A stretch of 64,000 nucleotides of DNA from Chrysomallon squamiferum. Its lineage: Eukaryota; Animalia; Mollusca. Under the pieces are notes generated by a model. It saw only the letters and a program-made list of their open reading frames with translations. It had not been told where the DNA came from and did not search any database. Positions 39,401 through 52,253 of this stretch are shown here, piece after piece; the stretch's first letter is position 1, and each line of letters starts with the position of its first letter. The stretch covers positions 18,228,001 to 18,292,000 of the forward strand of contig CM022671.1 of NCBI GenBank assembly GCA_012295275.1. Reading direction: 5' to 3'. Position numbers and translations under genes: made by a program.

Positions 39401-39740
39401 AAGTGTATTTATATAACATAATGGCCTTTGTCCATACATTTTACTGCTGACCAGAAGACTTTATTCTGTCGGAGTCATGTTGTTGCTTGTTCAGCTTTTA
39501 ATGCACATAAAAACTGTTCAGGAGTTAATCTTTTGTATGCACACTTGTCTGTATTAAAAACAAATTGTAGTTGTTGTTATCATTATTATTATTTTAACAT
39601 AAAAACGGGGGACAATAGTAAAATAAAATAATTCTAGTTTAGACGACACTTCTGTATAGCAATAACAACAACAACAACTACTACTACTCCTACTGCTGCT
39701 ATTATTACTATTATTACTACTACTACTACTATTGCTACTG
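39401..39740 (+). repeat. Dispersed ~340-bp repeat, copy 2 (direct orientation)
   Basis: Same sequence and trinucleotide tail as 30035-30349, with scattered substitutions and small indels. Confidence 0.92.
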
Positions 39741-42041
39741 CGACTACTAATGCCAAGGCTGCAGTACTTCGATTACTACTACTGTAACAACCACAACTGA
39801 TATAACAACAACAACAGCAATTATAATAATAATGATGATGATAATGCTGATGATAATAATGATAATTTAACTGATATCATTTATATTTTTATTACTTTTT
39901 ACGCTTTTTGAAATCAAATACTACCTCCATAACTATTAACACTACAACTATCACTACTACTACTACCACCATGACTGCTACTAATACTATTACTACTACT
40001 ACCAATGCTACTAGTGTAGCTACTACTACTTCTTCAATTAATAACCATGCTACTAATAACTCTGCTACTACTACTACTACAACGCGTGTTAATAACAGCT
40101 AGAACAGTAATAATAACAATAATTATAAAAGTAACATCAATTATAACAACAATGATGATGATGATGATGAAGATGATGATGATAATAATAATAATAATGA
40201 TGATGATGACAACGATGATTATTATTATGTTGATGATGATAATAATATATATAACACGTCAACATTAATCTGTCCAACTGTTGACCCAGCTCATCCAGTT
40301 TATCTTAATCTAACTGCGTAAATAATCGTTGTTTGATACGAAATTCCGTGAATTATTTCCACATTAACATATTTGTGGTTGTGTCAAATTAGAGAAATAC
40401 TTGGTCATTGAAATCTTATTCGTTATTGTTGACACATTTTCTCCCTCAGGTATACTTCATACAAAGAAATGATTTTGAAAGAAGAGAGAAAAAAAAAAAA
40501 GAGAGAAAAACGAAAAAAGAATAATAAATAGAGAGAAAGAAAGAGAGAGAAGAAAACGAGAAGGAAAGAAAAATAAACCAATAATCTGTCCTCATGAAAT
40601 TTATGTTACTATTATTATTACTGTTGTTGTTGTTGTTTTAAGGATGTTTAAGTATACGATTTCCATTGTTTGTGTTATTCTTTTTTTTCATCTTTCCTTT
40701 TTAAAAATACCTGTATATATCTGTCTTGCTTTTCCAGATACACATCTTCCTAACACACAAAATTAACTTATAGTCTGAGAATTCCTGAGAAAATGAAACT
40801 TAAGACATCAAAATTTCCTTCTTTTTTTTTTTTTTTTTTTTCACACATCACTGATTGTTAGCGTTTGATTGACTTGATGTCCAGACACACTCGATCCGCT
40901 ATCATTCCGAAAACCACTGAGGCGTGAATCCACGACCCGAGGCCACGGTCTACCTGTCACGAAGGAAAGAAAGAGCTAATAGATCTAAAATAGAGAAACG
41001 GGCGACAAGAAACAATATGTGCATACAATAGAAAGCCATTAGAATTTGCGTGGTATATTCAAAACAAAAAAAAAGGAGTGATTTACTGTGATTTATGACT
41101 TTATGTCTTGAGATGTCGTATTTTAGGTTCACTTTAACATTCAAGGTTTAATCTTGACACAGGACAAAACATACCAAAATACTTTGTGCTACCTGAATAA
41201 TAATAATAAAAAAAAAAATTGTGTCTATTACTGAACTACGGTTAAGTTATAATTATTAGAGAATGCGAGATGATGAATCAAATTTGCTGTTATTATTATT
41301 ATTATTATTATTACCATTAACAAGATGATCACGATAAAATGATGAACATTATTATTATTATATTTGCTTGTTATTATTGTATATTATCTTCATAATCATC
41401 ATAATTCTCATCTAGCTAATTACTACTACCAACAGCAGGATTAGTGGAAATAGCAATAGTACTAATAGCTGTAGAAGTTGTAGTGGTAGTAACAGTAATA
41501 ATAATAATTCAGCAAGTTATTTAATTACCTTATTTTATCATTAGTTAAAATTATGGTATAAAAATTAATAAAACGGTCACTTAGAAGTGTGTGATGTGTA
41601 TCTGAATTTTTGGTTCATAAATCACATTTAAATAATTATACTATAGTTTACAATTTCCCATACTCTGAACTTGTACTTATTATTTTCTCTGAAGCAGACT
41701 GTTCTTAAGTTCTCTATAGCCAGTTACGTAACATTACGAACGATTTATTTTTAATGCTTATTTCATACAAATCTTTTGTTTATATATATATATATATGTA
41801 AATCAGAATATATTTGTATAAAATAAGTTATTCAGCATTCCTTTCTCTTCCTCTCTCTTTTCACGGTTGGACACGCTCGAGTTATCAAGAATGGCGTACA
41901 TATACAAAGTGTTATGGAATGTTATCAAGCGACCGTATCAATCGTAAATGTATTGTTGAAATGTTTGTCACGGCACAGAATAATTATCATTGGCTTGTAA
42001 CAGGTTCACGATGTTTCTCGTAATTAATTATCGCCTGACTG

Positions 42042-42105
42042 AGGAGCTCAGCATTTAGAGCCATGGCCTGAGGCTTGATGGAACGCGGGATCAGTTCCCA
42101 TCTGT
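42042..42105 (+). mobile_element. SINE head fragment with A/B-box remnants
   Basis: GGAGCTCAGCATTTAGAGC (A-box-like) followed by GCGGGATCAGTTCCC (B-box-like); does not fold as a full tRNA. Confidence 0.35.
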
Positions 42106-42379
42106 TCAACGTTTGAGTTATTATCCGTTCCGTCCCCGTAGCCGATGACTGATTGTAAAACGGTCGAGGTATGTGCGTTTTCGTTGAGGTGCGTAATTTG
42201 GAAGCAAGCGTGATGGATCGCGTATTCATTTCTAAACAGCTCGTTCACTCGTTATCACTCACCAGCCAAGAGTCAGTGAATACTTTTTATTTTCATTTCA
42301 TCTAATGAGGAAATACAGTATGTGTTAATGCTACTACTACTATGATTAATTCGAATAGGAAAATGCAATCTATATTATT

Positions 42380-42717
<338 letters not shown>

Positions 42718-43436
42718 AGTTATTTCGAAAAGAACTGACATGTAAATATTTAATCAGTGGTGTCAAAAGGTTGAAAACAAACTTAACTTATAGACCTTGC
42801 TATCCAGAAAATTCCTGTTTATCTTAGAGCCACAGTATTTATTTATAGACGATTCTGGTGCTTACTGTCTATGGGTATGGAAAATTACTTACTTCTCTAA
42901 TCGAGTGGAGAACCTGATTTTTTCTAACACATGACATCGTAATTCTAAAAAGAAGAAATAAACAAGCCCGAAATAAGAAACATATCTGTCACACATAATA
43001 ATGACTGTTAACATCAAACACTTCTGATATTTTATTACAGAAATGTTAACCGATACGTTCATTTGGTTGTAATTATGATTTCAAGACAAAATTAATTATC
43101 GCGTTTTAAATTTTTTTAATTTTTTTTTAATTTTATTTTAATGAATCGGCTAAAGCTGATATTTTATGTGTTGCTCGAAAGAAGGAGTTAAATATGTACT
43201 GTAACATTCTTAAATGCTGAAAAAAAAAAAAAAACAACCCCAAAACACAATGATAACGATATCAACAGCAACAACAGTAACAAAAACACCAATAATAATA
43301 TATTAATGAATAAAGAAAACATAAATAAATACGTTTTAAATAAATAAATTACGGTTATAATAGCGTGTGTAAATGAGTGTGCACTTTTATGTCTGTGTGT
43401 GTCTGTGTATATTATGCGCATGAATGTGTGAATACA

Positions 43437-43520
<84 letters not shown>

Positions 43521-44984
43521 CGAAGGGACATAATCGACAATATAATTAAGTTCTCTAATTTGCTAGCTTCTTTGTTGAACATTATACACTGAACAGAATT
43601 ATTAACAGAAATAAACAAATTTTAATACAGAGAAAATATATTAGCGATGTTGCTGATGTCATCGCTGACGTTGTTTATTCATAAATGAAGGTGTATAATG
43701 ACAAATAAACGATTTTCAATTATTTATATGAAAAGTATTTTTAATAAGATCTAAAATGTTTTATCACATATAACTGTATCCGTGAGTATTACTTTAAATT
43801 TGTTTTTATTTCAATCATTTCAACATAAAATATCTCAAAAACAATATTTTGAGGATTAGATCACGCTACTTTTTAAGTCATTCCAATTTACTCAATGAAG
43901 AGTTCTTTCCCTTCAATTATAATTATACAAAAAATGACATTAGCAAAAAGCTTGTTTAAACTGAGTCCCCACGTATAGCAGGATCTTTTCATTTTATTGC
44001 TTTCTCTAGAATTAGTGCGTTTCTTTTCTTTTTTCTTCTTCGTGAAATATTACAGAATTTATATATATTATTTGTAATTTAATTTAAGGTAATTACTTAA
44101 TCTAATAAATAAATATTACCAGCAAACGTGTAATTAAATGAACCAGTGCGTCAATTTTTATATTTTACAGTTTAGCAAATAAATTAGTAGATAATTTTTT
44201 TTTTTATCATCATCATCATCATTATCATCATCATCATCTTCTTCATTTTTTTCTTTTTGTGGTTGCTGATGAAGTTTGGTTTTTAGTTTTGTTGTTGTTT
44301 CTTTGCTGATTTTTGTTGTTGTTTGTTTGTTTTTGGTTTTGAATACTTTTATTGCTATACTATTCGGTTTAATTTACAAAACAGATAAGCATATAGTTTT
44401 TACAGTTATACCATCTTAGTAATACACGTTATAAATATTGATTATTTGACATAATTATCTGTTATTTCAACAACGTTATCGATTGGCCGCAAATAATATA
44501 TATTTTATTTATTAATTCTGGACTATATTTTTGGAATGCGTTTGCTCTGATAATTTATAATAATGACAATCATTTGGTGTCCGTTTCTCGTACTGATTTC
44601 CGATAGACGAAGAAAGAGAGAGAAAAAAAATCGACTGACCCATTTACGACTAATTGGTCTCGTTATTTTCACATTACCTGAATGATTTCTGAAAGAGATG
44701 GTTTAATGATGCATGTTAATTTTAATATATAAATAGCCTCAATTAATTATAGATGTAAATGTTTCTGATTTTATGGATTAAAATTAGAGAAATTTTTTAA
44801 AGTTACTTTTGTTAGAAATTAAAAGGATATAATTTGTGAATTAAAAAAAAAAAAAAAAAAAAAAATGGTGTTGGTAAGCACTGGGATTATGTGGATAAAA
44901 TTTGAGAATTTTTGTTAAGTTTTCTTTGTGAAATAAAAATAAAAAGATATAATTTGAGTAGTAAAAGAAATGGGTTAAGCATTG

Positions 44985-45090
44985 GGGTTTGAGCGTTTGC
45001 CTAAGGCATCCTAGGTCGTAGGATCAATCCTTTTCGTTACCTCACTGGGATATTTCACGATGAAACCAGTAATCTGTGACTGGTTTTCTT
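44985..45090 (+). mobile_element. SINE 5' (tRNA-like) head fragment
   Basis: GAGCGTTTGCCTAAGG...GGTCGTAGGATCAATCC...GGGATATTTC...CCAGT...GACTGG. Confidence 0.5.
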
Positions 45091-45517
45091 AGTTACTAAA
45101 ACAGACCGTTAATTATTATTTTCATATACATACAGGTATACATATACAAATTCATTACCGGCTATGTTCCTCTACTATTTTATTCTGCTCTTTCCCAGAT
45201 CATTTCATATTTTTCTTTTTATTTTGTTTTCGTTTTCTTAAACATTCAGTGTTTTTCATTTGTATGTGCGTCGTACATTTCTTATATTTTATTTTTAATG
45301 TAATCCACAAGTCAAAACCAGGAAAGGCTAACCTTAGGCACTGTCTTTCTTTCTTATGACTGTTTTTCTGTTCTTCCTATCTTCATCTTTTTCTTCTTAT
45401 TATTATATGCTATCACTACCACTACTACTACTCTACTACTACTACTGCTACTACTACTACAACTACTACTATTGCTGCTGCTACTACTACTACTACTACT
45501 ACAAAACTATTATAACA

Positions 45518-45568
<51 letters not shown>

Positions 45569-45869
45569 TTATATATATATATATTTTTTTTTTTTTCTGC
45601 GGGTTTGTAAAATCTACAAATTTTTTTTTTTAAATTAATTATCCATTTAGGAAAATAATTGACTATTCAGATATTAACAAAAGGAAAAAAAACAAAAAAA
45701 AAGTCTTCTGGTCTATCCAGTGTGCAATACATTAAAATATTACCTATCTGCGTGACACAGATTTGTCTAACCTACAGGATAAAGACTTTGTTTGAATAGC
45801 TCTGCTTGTTGACTTACTCCAGCGAAATACAATATCTTATTATTCTAATGGCTGGAAAACATTTTAACA

Positions 45870-46300
45870 CACAGCACTAACAGGTGGCGCTGTCAGACAC
45901 TCGTGCACAGGAAGACTTCCAACATTTTGGAGCAACGGTGTATCGGATCACGTGACTTACCTTTCATAACGTCAGCACGTTACCAGCGACTTTTTGCTGG
46001 TAGAAACGTCCGAACGCTGTTGTGGTGGAACTACGTCAGCGAGAGAGACGATATTTCATTATTAATGTTGTCTGACGAATCTTTTGCGTTTAGAAAACAA
46101 TAACGTGCAGCCCTTTGCCCAGCATTAACGCTGAAATAACGCGGCGAAGAATCGTGTTGATTCGTGGCCACGTGACAGTTATTGCTGGCAGTTAAAACTC
46201 CCTTTCCAAAGTAGGTACTCCAAAGCGATTTTCTGTTTGGGAAATAAGTTTTGTTAAAGTAAAGTATACGATGTGGTCTTCAGGCGCACGAAGTAAGTAG
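45870..46300. promoter_or_regulatory. CpG-rich promoter-like island
   Basis: CTCF-like CTAACAGGTGGCGCT 45877-45891, two CACGTGAC E-boxes, two ACGTCAGC, and minus-strand consensus donor AAG|GTAAGT at 45961/45960. Confidence 0.45.
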
Positions 46301-46559
46301 GTGAACGAAGACACATTTATTATCTGAGCACATATTTCACCAAGAATATTACAAACGTGTAAAAAAAATTTTTTTCAATATTATTATTTTTTATTGCGCT
46401 CCTGTAAGGTTTACGCATCATACATCATCTATAGCTTGTATAATTTAAACCAATATGTGAAATTATACTCCACGATACTTTAGCAGCTAATATTATTATT
46501 ATTATTATTTGTTCGTTTGTTTTTTTGTTTTTTTTTTCTAATAAGATTCATTTAACCTG

Positions 46560-46752
46560 AACATTAGGGTCATATCCAGTCAGATCTATATATTTTTTAT
46601 CCAGGTCATGATATACATTTTCCTTGTCAGTTAAGACAAAAAAGATTCCTTGCTGCAGTGAGTAACTTGTGTCAAGACAGTAGTGAGTTTCCTTGTTTAT
46701 TTCCTATATTTAGTAACTGTTAGTAACCAATGTGTTGAGAGGTTAAATAAAT
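46560..46752 (+). mobile_element. Degraded SINE copy
   Basis: AAAAGATTCCTTGCTGC core, GAGTTTCCTT and tail AATGTGTTGAGAGGTTAAATAAA, colinear with 24855-25095. Confidence 0.5.
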
Positions 46753-47679
46753 ATTCAGTCATTCATCATAACTATCCCATGATTTCGTGTCTGAATATTG
46801 TTCTTTGTATATGTTTTTTCTTGTAAATAAAGCATATATATATATATGCGTGCGTTTGTGTGTATGCAAGAGTTATTGTGCATGTGTGTGCATGTAGTCT
46901 CTGTGTAAACAAAAAAAAAAAAAAAAAAAAAAAAAAATAAAAACAAGATCACAATCCCTCCTTTGAAATTTATTGAACAACAGAAAAACAAGCTAATCAA
47001 ATAAACAACACTGAAATAATTATAATAAATCCAACAAATGATGTGTAGCAGTACAGAACTGGTGATGAAGTGTACGATAATTGAAAAATAAAAAATAAAA
47101 AGAATAAAAGAAATTTTAATATTACTTCATATCCAACAAGCAAAAAACAAAAATAAAATAAATTCAGATAATTTTGAAATATAAATTTCTTTTTTATTAA
47201 ATATTTAATCAATCAATCAGTCTGTGAAAATTTAAATAAATAAATAAATAAGAATATAACTTCAAAAACGATAAAGGAAACGAAAAAAAAAAAAAAAAAA
47301 AAGAAAAAAAAAAGAAGAAAAAACAACAATTCACAGTCAACGACAATACCACCACCACTACCACCATGACACCTTCACCAATAACAACAACAACAGTATT
47401 GAATAATTGTAATGATAGCGATGTTGATGACAAAATAGCTATTAAATATACGGCTACTAAACTAAAACGTAATTAAAATTCACCTTCGGACAAACTAAGG
47501 AATTGGGAATATATTCTATGTTAAAGATGAAAAAGATGAAATCCTGATGAAGTGACAAAAAAAAAAAAAAAAGAAAAAAAAAATAGTTTTTCTTTGAACA
47601 CGCTGGTGGTAACTAATTTTATCAGAAAAGGAAATTAAATCTATAATTAAGAAGACTGAGAAACACAGGAATAAATGTT

Positions 47680-47825
47680 GTGTTTAACGAGACTAATAAA
47701 AATAAACGTTATATTTATCGAGACAGAACAATACAAACGTTATATTTATCGAGACAGAATAATACAAATGTTATATTTATCGAAACTAATAACCCGTTAA
47801 TAATACTATATTTACCGAGACTTTA
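47680..47825. repeat. ~31-bp tandem repeat, 4-5 copies
   Basis: AAACGTTATATTTATCGAGACAGAA(C/T)AATAC units. Confidence 0.8.
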
Positions 47826-48392
47826 AAAAAAAAAAAAAAAAAAAAAAAATAATAATAATAATAATCAAAAAAGTAAAAGAAAAAGTAAAGAAACTAATTA
47901 ACCCTTTTCATTAAAAGCTAAACTTTAATTAAATGTTTAGTTCAGAAATAGTACAGAAACTTGATTTAAAAACTAGATTTAAATAAAATGTCCGGTTTAG
48001 TACGTTACAGTTTTGTAGCTGTTGTTTTCCCACGTATCCAATTAAAAGTTTAATGAGCAGAATATTTTTAATTGCTGTTCGTTTGTGCCCAGGGAGAAGA
48101 CTATGCCACTTTGATATAATATTTCTGCTCGAGGCGTTCACGGTCACCGGATCGATCCTCACCGGTAAGCTCATTACAAAGTGTCACGCTATTGATATTT
48201 CAAGGACTTTAATATTTTCTGATATGGAAAAGCTATATGGCAGCTATCACTGTAAGAATCCATTCTAACTTCCTGTAATAATGACATCATATTTATTTTT
48301 AGATCTTATGCAATAAAAAATTTATTATTTCGTATATATTTTACAAATTTTAATATAAATTATCATTTTGTTTTACTATTTATTTAAAATAT

Positions 48393-49179
48393 ATGGATTA
48401 CTCTGATTTAGAAGAGTATAAAAACGCTGAAAGAAAAGTTCAAAAAAGAATTTGCCAATTATTGATTATTACAAATCACTATATTCGGAAAGGATTTGGT
48501 GAAAGAGGAATTATAAAAAATTTTAAACAGTCGAATACCAACTGACGCTATTGTTACATTTAAACAAGCTATTCAATATTTAATACGTGAATGTACTGTT
48601 CGATTATGTAATATTGGAATTGTTGCTAACGAAACCAGAGATACATTGACATACGGCAGAGGAATTACAATACTTCGTGAAGTGTCAAGAACAAGAAGAA
48701 AACTTTACGACGTTTTAAAAAGATACAAAACGCGTTTTGAACATGGAACCTAAAACAATAACATCCGAGTTAAAGAATAAACTTCATCATATCACTGATT
48801 GTTTCATGAACAGACACAAATGGAAACATAACGAAAACTTTATAGAAGTTCTGCAACAACTATACTTTAAATTTAACTTGACTTTGAGAAAAAGATTATT
48901 ACACTGGATTATTAATTTGGATGGGCAAACAACGAAAGCATTATTCGAAAAGATCATGTAATATTGATTACAGTGGAAGACCGCGGTGTGGGGGGTTCTA
49001 TCATACATGAACATAGAAAAAGATTCTTTGATAATAATTATAAGAAATGTCATGATTACAAGATGTGGATGTTCTGGTACAATACAAAGAAGAAATTAGA
49101 CGGAGTTTTTACTGATTTTTTAATCGATAAAACAAAACTTGAAATATTTGATGATATTATGTTAAATATTTATTATTAA
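48393..49179 (+). pseudogene. Degenerate AT-rich intronless ORF region, probable endogenous virus/Polinton-like relic
   Basis: Consecutive 50-90-codon open segments in shifting frames: MDYSDLEEYKNAERKVQKR..., KILNSRIPTDAIVTFKQAIQYLIRECTVRLCNIG...RFEHGT, MEPKTITSELKNKL..., FGWANNESIIRKDHVILITVEDRGVGG...IYY*; AATAAA directly after the last stop; no microsatellites. Confidence 0.5.
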
Positions 49180-49418
49180 ATAAATGCACTGCTATTAAGC
49201 AACGTGAAAATTATATTATTTGTTTTATTTTATTTAATATAAAATCAACTGAATCATAAATTATGTTAATATACCGGAAATGACATCATAAGGTCAAAGT
49301 TGAAGGTGAAGGTATCTCATTATATATTCATAAATATTATTTTATATAATTTATTAAATTAATAAAATAAAATAAAATAATTATTATTAATAAATAACAG
49401 ACATAAACTAATTTTATT

Positions 49419-50105
49419 TCATTTTTTATTTGAAGTAAAGCAAAGCATACAAAACAGTCCTTCCAAATTGGCAAACCACATGACAATTTTTATAGTAACA
49501 CAAAATCTGATAAATTTGGAGTTTATAATCGTTTGTTTTTCATCTCTGGACACATGTTTAACAATTAAATCTCTTTGTTGTGGTGGACAACGTCCACAAC
49601 TAGAAAACTTTAGCAACAGGTAGATATTTTGCAGATACAGTCTTTCTATAATCCTTTCTACAATCAGGTAACTTTCCATGAAGATAAACTTCTCTCGTTA
49701 CTTTCTCCATATTTTTATCGTCTGACCATTGGGTTAATGTTGAAAGCATATTTTTAGTAAGTTTAGGACACAATTCATAGCTAGCAGAACATTTACAACT
49801 TTTTCTATCAAAAGATATTTCACAAAATATTTTCAGTCCAACATGGTGTACGATTGTTATGAATGTTTGATATTCACATTCTTTTTATTTTTATTTAAAT
49901 CAAAATGATACATCACTGGTACTTCACCTACTCTATCTATAATTTCTCTAAACCAAGCAAACTGAAGCAAGCATTGCCAATCATAAAACATATACTGATC
50001 AAATTCAAGTCTCTTGAAAGGAAGAACGTGTTTTCTATACAATTCTTTATCCTCAAAATCCTGTTTATTTTTCTTTACTTCTGGTAGTCAGTAGAGTGCA
50101 GGCAT
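49419..50105 (-). pseudogene. Degenerate Cys-containing ORF convergent with 48393-49179, same relic
   Basis: MPALY*LPEVKKNKQDFEDKELYRKHVLPFKRLEFDQYMFYDWQCLLQFAWFREIIDRVGEVPVMYHF, shift in an A-run, KECEYQTFITIVHHVGLKIFCEISFDRKSCKCSASYELCPKLTK...KVF*, then SCGRCPP... and CYYKNCHVVCQF...YFK*. Confidence 0.5.
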
Positions 50106-51128
50106 TAGGTTTTTATAAGAAGAAAAAAGTAATTAGTCAAGTAATTAAGTAAGAAATAAACAGTTTACATTAGCATTAAACATGATTAATAAAAACTGTT
50201 TAGTGCAAGTCATTATTAATAAAAATAGTAAACTGAATAGCAGGTAAAAGTTAATCTGTTAGTATTAAAATATGGAGAGGTGTCGTTAAAAAAAACCCGT
50301 ATTAATTAAAAATTATATCGTTAATATTATATGGTTCTTTCTTTCTCTCTTATTCTGCATTTTGACTGAACTTCTTATTAAATTTTAATAAATATTCCTG
50401 TATATTGATGAATAAATCCATCCATCAATCAATGAGACAGTCTCTCTCTCTCTCTCTCTCTCATTTATCTATCTCTCTCTCTATCTATCTCTCTGTATGT
50501 ATGTCTGTCTATCTATCTATCTGTGTGTCTGTGTCTGTGTCTATCTATCTATCTGTCTGTCTATCTATCTCTACATCTATCAATTTATCTAGATATCACC
50601 ATTAAACTACTATTTACTGCTACTATCATCATCATCATCATCATCATCATCATATCCTTCTTTATTTTAAAAATTATTTTGATTTATTAACACTTTTTTT
50701 TTTTTTCAGATTATTTCTTATTACTATCAAAATTTTCTCACATTGCATCAAGAAAAGGTTACCGATGCAATATTTTCAGAGTAAAGTATTTTTCTGGATG
50801 GAGTCCATCCTTTAAAAAGTTCATTTTCACTCTTTTCCAGTTTGTGTCAATAAACTACCCAGAAACCGACACAGAAGCAATTTCTGCTGTGTTTATTGAA
50901 AAAATATTAAATCCCAAGTCTATGCTGGTAGAGCTACAATTGTGAGTTATTTGATATTTTTTCATCTCCGCTGGGAGAAGTAGATTTTGTTTGTGTTATT
51001 ATCGGGTTTGTGAAAAGCTATCGTAAAACTTGCTCCACTGATTTCTAAACACTTTCTCGGATTTTTCCTTTTTAACCAGATGCTTGCAGAAACCTTCAAA
51101 AACTCCTGTGAGGATAAATAATATGTTA

Positions 51129-51159
<31 letters not shown>

Positions 51160-51230
51160 GTATTTGTATGTATGTATGTATGTGTGTGTGTATATGCATA
51201 TGTGTTTTTGTATATATTTGTGCGTGCATT

Positions 51231-51300
<70 letters not shown>

Positions 51301-51629
51301 AATTTAGGGTGTGTATAAATGTGTGTAATGTATGTATGTATATGTAATGTGTAATGTGTTTGTGTATATATATGCGTGTGTTACTTTACGTATGTGTATT
51401 TGTATGTATATATGCATCTTTTTATCTGTCTGTCTGTTTTTATTTATCCATCTAAATATCTTATGTCTGTCTATCTATCTATCTGTCTATCTATCTATCT
51501 GTCTGTCTGTCTGTCTGTCTGTCTGTATATCTATTTTCTGCCATTATCTAATAATAATATAAACTAAACGTTGTTTTCCATTTATTAACTATATACACAG
51601 GTTTCTGTACGTGGTTTCTGTGATCGCAG

Positions 51630-52253
51630 TATTGAGCTGGGTGTAGCTTTAACTGCAGTCATTAACCGTGTTGAGTTCGGTGTAGCTTTAACTGCAGACA
51701 TTACCAGTGTTAAGCTGGGTGTAGCTTTAACTGCAGACATTAACAGTGTTGAGCTGCGTGTATCTTTAACTGCAGACATTACCAGTGTTGAGCTGAGTGT
51801 AGCTTTAACTGCAGACATTACCAGTGTTGAGCTGAGTGTAGCTTTAACTGCAGACATTACCAGTGTTGAGCTGGGTGTAGCTTTAACTACAGACATTAAC
51901 AGTGTTGAGCTGGGTGTAGCTTTAACTGCAGACATTAACAGTGTTGAGCTGAGTGTAGCTCTAACTGCAGACTTAACAGTGTTGAGCTGGGTGTAGCTTT
52001 AACTGCAGACTTAACAGTGTTGAGCTGGGTGTAGCTTTAACTGCAGACATTACCAGTGTAAAGCTGGGTGTAGCTTTAACTGCAGACATTACCAGTGTAA
52101 AGCTGAGTGTAGCTTTAACTGCAGACATTAACAGTGTAAAGCTGGGTGTAGCTTTAACTGCAGACATTAACAGTGTAAAGCTGAGTGTAGCTTTAACTGC
52201 AGACATTACCAGTGTTGAGCTGGGTGTAGCTTTAACTGCAGACATTACCAGTG
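51630..52253. repeat. Minisatellite, 39-bp unit, ~16 copies
   Basis: Unit GTTGAGCTGGGTGTAGCTTTAACTGCAGACATTACCAGT; two adjacent 38-bp variants near 51970-52010. Confidence 0.97.

Noticed and set aside
30035-39740. LTR retrotransposon interpretation of the direct repeats
   Set aside because: No clear TG...CA termini, PBS, PPT or target duplication, and the internal protein shows no gag, protease, RT or integrase motifs.
42042-42105. tRNA gene
   Set aside because: A/B-box remnants only; no acceptor stem or cloverleaf, consistent with a SINE head.
47596-47616. TGAACACGCTGGTGGTAACT resembling miR-317
   Set aside because: One base missing at the end of the seed region and no complementary arm for a precursor hairpin.
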